DNA of 32,000 nucleotides from Trichodesmium erythraeum IMS101 (GTDB taxonomy: Bacteria > Cyanobacteriota > Cyanobacteriia > Cyanobacteriales > Microcoleaceae): contig NC_008312.1 of assembly GCF_000014265.1 (NCBI RefSeq), positions 2,580,001-2,612,000 on the forward strand, in the 5' to 3' direction. Below the pieces are notes generated by a model that was given only the letters and a program-made list of their open reading frames with translations, was not told the DNA's origin and made no database searches. Positions 28,439 through 32,000 of the stretch are shown piece after piece. The position numbers and the translations under genes were made by a program. Numbering within the stretch: the stretch's first letter is position 1; every line of letters starts with the position of its first letter.

Positions 28439-29413
28439 ATGAGCCATAAACGGATTTTTATCACGGGCGCTAGTGGATGTATTGGTCACTATATTGTTGA
28501 ATCTTTAATTCAAAATACCCACCACGAACTTTACTTATTAGTTAGGAACCCAGATAAATTAAAAGTTGATTATAAAGCTCGTCCAGGTGTTAATCTTTTA
28601 AAAGCAAATCTGAGAGAAATTGAGCAATTTTCATCTTTACTTCCAGAAATTAATGTAGCAATTTTAGCTGCCACTGCTTGGGGAAATTTGCAGGAAGTAT
28701 TTGATATTAATGTGATTAAAACTCTGAAGTTAATCACATTACTCAATCCTGAAGTATGTGAAAATATAATCTATTTTTCAACTGCCAGTATTCTTGACCA
28801 AAATAATAGATTGCTCACAAAAGCTGGAGAGATAGGTACTGACTATATTCGTTCTAAGTATGACTGTATGTATCAGTTATCCCAACTGGATAATTTACCT
28901 CCTCTAACCTGTCTTTTTCCTACATTGGTTTTAGGAGGAGATCAGGAAAAACCTTATTCTCATCTCTCTGCTGGTTTACCAGAAATAATTAAACATATTG
29001 GTTTAATTCGATGGTTAAAAGTTGATGGTAGTTTCCATTTTATTCACGCTGCTGATATTGCTCAAGTAGTTAGTTATTTAGTCGAACATCCACCACATTC
29101 AAAAGAATTACAAAAGTTAATTTTAGGTAATCCAAAAGTTACAGTAAATCAGGTTGTTGAAGAAATTTGTGCATATCTGAAGAAACGAATATTTTTTCGT
29201 TTTAATTTAGCTCCTTGGTTGATCGAGGTAATAATTTCGGTATTTAAAATTCAAGTAGCAGCTTGGGATAGGTTCTGTTTAGAATATCGCCATTTTACAT
29301 ATCAAAATCCTATTAACCCTGCTAGTTTTAAACTGCCGAGTTATTGTCCTGCTATCCCTGATATTTTGAGAACTAGAAATTTGAAATTCTCACCCTTAAA
29401 TCAAAAATTATAA
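28439..29413 (+). CDS. NAD(P)-dependent epimerase/dehydratase-family (extended SDR) protein
   Basis: 324 aa with an N-terminal Rossmann motif IFITGASGCIGHYIVESL. Length and layout are typical of extended SDRs. Confidence 0.8.
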   Translation: MSHKRIFITGASGCIGHYIVESLIQNTHHELYLLVRNPDKLKVDYKARPGVNLLKANLREIEQFSSLLPEINVAILAATAWGNLQEVFDINVIKTLKLITLLNPEVCENIIYFSTASILDQNNRLLTKAGEIGTDYIRSKYDCMYQLSQLDNLPPLTCLFPTLVLGGDQEKPYSHLSAGLPEIIKHIGLIRWLKVDGSFHFIHAADIAQVVSYLVEHPPHSKELQKLILGNPKVTVNQVVEEICAYLKKRIFFRFNLAPWLIEVIISVFKIQVAAWDRFCLEYRHFTYQNPINPASFKLPSYCPAIPDILRTRNLKFSPLNQKL

Positions 29414-29543
29414 TGGGAGTAATGGGTGGAATTTATGATAGTTGAAGTCAGCTCTCTCCTTACTCTGCTTATGACTAGAGATTTACAGTGCAAGAATAAC
29501 AACAGCAGTAATAGCGGGCAAAAACAGTGATGTCAAAATAGTT

Positions 29544-30068
29544 TTAATTGTTTTTATCGTTTAAAAATATTTGATAGTTTTCCTGAACTTTTTGAGTGTG
29601 AGGATGTTCTTCGCCTAATGATTGTTTAAATATTTCAATTGCTTGTAGCAACAACGGTTCTGCCGCTTCGTATTTTCCTTGCTCACGATATAATTCTGCC
29701 AGGTTGTTGAGACTAGCGGCAATATTTGGATGATTTTCAGGGAGGGCAATTTTGTAGATTTCAATAGCTTGTAGCAACAACGGTTCTGCTGCTTCATATT
29801 TTCCTTGTGCGCGATATAATTCTGCCAGGTTGCTCAGACTAACAGCAATATTTGGATGATTTTCAGGGAGGGCAATTTTGTAGATTTCAACTGCTTGTAG
29901 CAACAACGGTTCTGCTGCTTCATATTTTCCTTGCTCACGATATAATTCTGCCAGGTTGTTGAGACTAACAGCAATATTTGGATGATTTTCAGGGAGGGCA
30001 ATTTTGTAGATTTCAATAGCTTGTAGCAACAACGGTTCTGCTGCTTCATATTTTCCTTGTGAATAATA
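29544..30068 (-). CDS. TPR-repeat protein, C-terminal fragment of an IS-split gene (kinesin-light-chain-type TPR_10/12 repeats)
   Basis: Repeated 42-aa units ALPENHPNIAVSLNNLAELYREQGKYEAAEPLLLQAIEIYKI. The reading frame is open from the IS junction (30068) to the stop at 29544. Confidence 0.8.
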   Translation of the reverse strand, partial: YYSQGKYEAAEPLLLQAIEIYKIALPENHPNIAVSLNNLAELYREQGKYEAAEPLLLQAVEIYKIALPENHPNIAVSLSNLAELYRAQGKYEAAEPLLLQAIEIYKIALPENHPNIAASLNNLAELYREQGKYEAAEPLLLQAIEIFKQSLGEEHPHTQKVQENYQIFLNDKNN

Positions 30069-31093
30069 GAGCTGTTGGGAAATAACTTAGGTTAGCGAAA
30101 AATGAAAACTCAAACTAATTAATTTTGGTTAATGATTTTATTATTTATGCTACCATCAGGTACAAGTTCCATAGTCCAGTTGCTGTCAACATTAATTTGT
30201 CATCAAAATCATGCTTATGATTACGGTAAATCTGATTGACAGCCCCATAGCGCTTGACACCCGCGAAGGCATTTTCACATATCACCCGCTTATTGACTCA
30301 ATGTCCTATTTTCGATCTTTTGCTGTTGAGTTAATTCTCCTCCCTTTGGTTTTTTATGGGGTATGCGGATATTTTCATACTGGTGTTGAATACCTTGAAA
30401 GCCAGTATCTACTTCAATTGGTATTTCCACAGGTATATTTCCTATCAACTTTTCTTCGTCTAGGAATTTCTTGTCATGTAACTTTCCAACTCTATCTTGG
30501 CTTAATACCAGCACTTGTTTGTTTTGGTTTACTGCTGCTAGATGTTTACGGGTATGACACTTTTTTTTTCCTGAATAATTCAGTTTTTGTGTTTCTGAGT
30601 CAGTAGGCCGTTTTACTGGCCGTTCTGTGCCATCCATTACCACTCGTTCTACTCCAGGGAAACGCTCTATAAATGCTTGGACACTATTGATTTGGCGTTC
30701 TGGTAGTGCCTTTTTTTCTCCCAAGGCTGCTTCTAATATAGGCTGTAAACGATGAGCCCAGTGATGTGCCTGGCTACGGTCTATATCGAACAAGATACCA
30801 GCTAAATCAAAGGTAGGGTAGCATTTAAAATAGAACAGAATATAAAACAATTTTTGCTCAAAAGTCCGTAAACGAGCCTTACGACCTCCTCCAACAGAGC
30901 GTTGACGAGGTTTATCCCTCAATGTTTGCTCATATACCTGAGTAAAGGTTAAGAGTAAGGATTGAAATGCTTTACTATTTAATCCTGTTAATGCTCTGAG
31001 CAACCTATCCTGTTTTAAGGCCCGTTTAATATTTAGCATTCTTCGTCAATTTCTTCTTAACTTAACTTATTTTAACTTATTTCCCAACAACTC
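30069..31093 (-). mobile_element. IS element (IS5 superfamily, DDE_Tnp_4 / Harbinger-like transposase) inserted into the TPR gene
   Basis: Terminal inverted repeats GAGCTGTTGGGAAATAA (30069-) and the reverse complement GAGTTGTTGGGAAATAA (-31093). It is flanked by TAATA on both sides (30064-30068 and 31094-31098). The TSD length is ambiguous at 1-5 bp because the IR could extend outward. Removing the element plus one TAATA restores ...NLYYSQGKY... in frame. Confidence 0.88.
30145..31039 (-). pseudogene. IS transposase (HTH_Tnp_4 + DDE_Tnp_4 type) with a frameshift near 30290-30297
   Basis: Track ORF 30290..31039 carries LTGLNSKAFQSLL, GGGRKARL, VMDGTERPVKRP, YSGKKKCHTRKH, HDKK and DTGFQG. It ends at ...NRTLSQ-stop. 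The expected continuation VNKRVICENAFAGVKRYGAVNQIYRNHKHDFDDKLMLTATGLWNFYLMVA-stop is in another frame (30297..30145). Confidence 0.85.
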
Positions 31094-32000
31094 TAATATA
31101 AATTTGTCAGGTTGTTGAGACTAACAGCAATATTTGGATGATTTTCAAGAAGGGCAATTTTGTAGATTTCAATTGCTTGTAGCAACAACGGTTCTGCTGC
31201 TTCGTATTTTCCTTGTGCGCGATATAATTCTGCCAGGTTGCTCAGACTAACAGCAATATTTGGATGATTTTCAGGGAGGGCAATTTTGTAGATTTCAATA
31301 GCTTGTAGCAACAACGGTTCTGCTGCTTCATATTTTCCTTGTGAATAATATAAATTTGTCAGGTTGTTGAGACTAACAGCAATATTTGGATGATTTTCAA
31401 GAAGGGCAATTTTGTAGATTTCAATAGCTTGTAGCAACAACGGTTCTGCTGCTTCATATTTTCCTTGTGAATAATATAAATTTGTCAGGTTGTTGAGACT
31501 AACAGCAATATTTGGATGATTTTCAAGAAGGGCAATTTTGTAGATTTCAATTGCTTGTAGCAACAACGGTTCTGCTGCTTCGTATTTTCCTTGTGCGCGA
31601 TATAATTCTGCCAGGTTGCTCAGACTAACAGCAATATTTGGATGATTTTCAGGGAGGGCAATTTTGTAGATTTCAATAGCTTGTAGCAACAACGGTTCTG
31701 CTGCTTCATATTTTCCTTGTGAATAATATAAATTTGTCAGGTTGCTCAGACTAACAGCAATATTTGGATGATTTTCAGGGAGGGCAATTTTGTAGATTTC
31801 AATTGCTTGTAGCAACAACGGTTCTGCTGCTTCATATTTTCCTTGTGCGCGATATAATTCTGCCAGGTTGCTCAGACTAACAGCAATATTTGGATGATTT
31901 TCAGGGAGGGCAATTTTGTAGATTTCAATTGCTTGTAGCAACAACGGTTCTGCTGCTTCATATTTTCCTTGTGCGCGATATAATTCTGCCAGGTTGCTCA
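31094..32000 (-). CDS. TPR-repeat protein, upstream fragment of the IS-split gene (continues beyond the window end)
   Basis: At least 7 tandem 42-aa TPR units. Two unit types are interspersed: SNLAELYRAQGKYEAAEPL and NNLTNLYYSQGKYEAAEPL. Translation stops at a TAG created exactly at the IS junction (31093-31095). Confidence 0.8.

Noticed and set aside
29615-30049. Two 60-71-aa ORFs (MKQQNRCCYKLLK...) in the TPR region
   Set aside because: They are alternative-frame readings of the same repeat DNA. They are repetitive only because the TPR units are repetitive.
30211-30606. 131-aa plus-strand ORF inside the IS element
   Set aside because: It is antisense to the transposase gene, which has clear DDE_Tnp_4-type motifs.
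29590-32000. Highly regular 126-bp repeats that could be taken for a CRISPR or satellite array
   Set aside because: The repeats are contiguous with no unique spacers. They maintain one long open reading frame that encodes canonical 42-aa TPR units, so this is a coding repeat and not a CRISPR array.
1-32000. tRNA, rRNA or tmRNA genes and group II intron or retron signatures
   Set aside because: I saw no T-loop (GGTTCGAAT-type) or acceptor-stem pattern, no rRNA-like conserved blocks and no reverse-transcriptase ORF. A proper tRNAscan or Infernal run is still needed to exclude small RNAs.

Overview
This is an AT-rich window that looks cyanobacterial. It has 8 exact copies of the HIP1 octamer GCGATCGC, heptamer tandem repeats in spacers, kinesin-light-chain-type TPR arrays, IS5-superfamily elements, and very long gene-free spacers. 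That combination resembles a filamentous marine cyanobacterium such as Trichodesmium, but the assignment is inference only. Housekeeping genes are clear: leuS, hemE, a NodU/CmcH-type carbamoyltransferase, a thioredoxin-reductase-like flavoprotein, a MATE transporter and an SDR epimerase-like gene. The standout is a four-gene minus-strand cluster at 13406-21229. It encodes a vWA-TM-FHA protein, a 1090-aa tubulin/FtsZ-like GTPase with a C-terminal SHOCT-like motif, a MotA/ExbB-type channel protein with a ~380-aa helical tail (ZorA-like architecture), and a MotB/OmpA-type partner that keeps the TM aspartate (ZorB-like). No Zorya effector genes (ZorC/D/E-like) are present, so this looks like a stator-like ion-driven motor paired with a cytoskeletal-type GTPase. 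I consider it a candidate poorly described or undescribed system, either defence/signalling or membrane remodelling. Other notable items: (1) a ~1000-codon helical gene at 3923-6891 broken by two frame changes; (2) a TPR gene made of near-identical 126-bp units and split by a 1025-bp IS whose own transposase is frameshifted; (3) an IS5 remnant; (4) a 35-bp duplication of a translation-initiation region inside the cluster; (5) several dispersed or direct repeats in spacers. All domain calls come from reading motifs in the supplied translations. No database search was possible.
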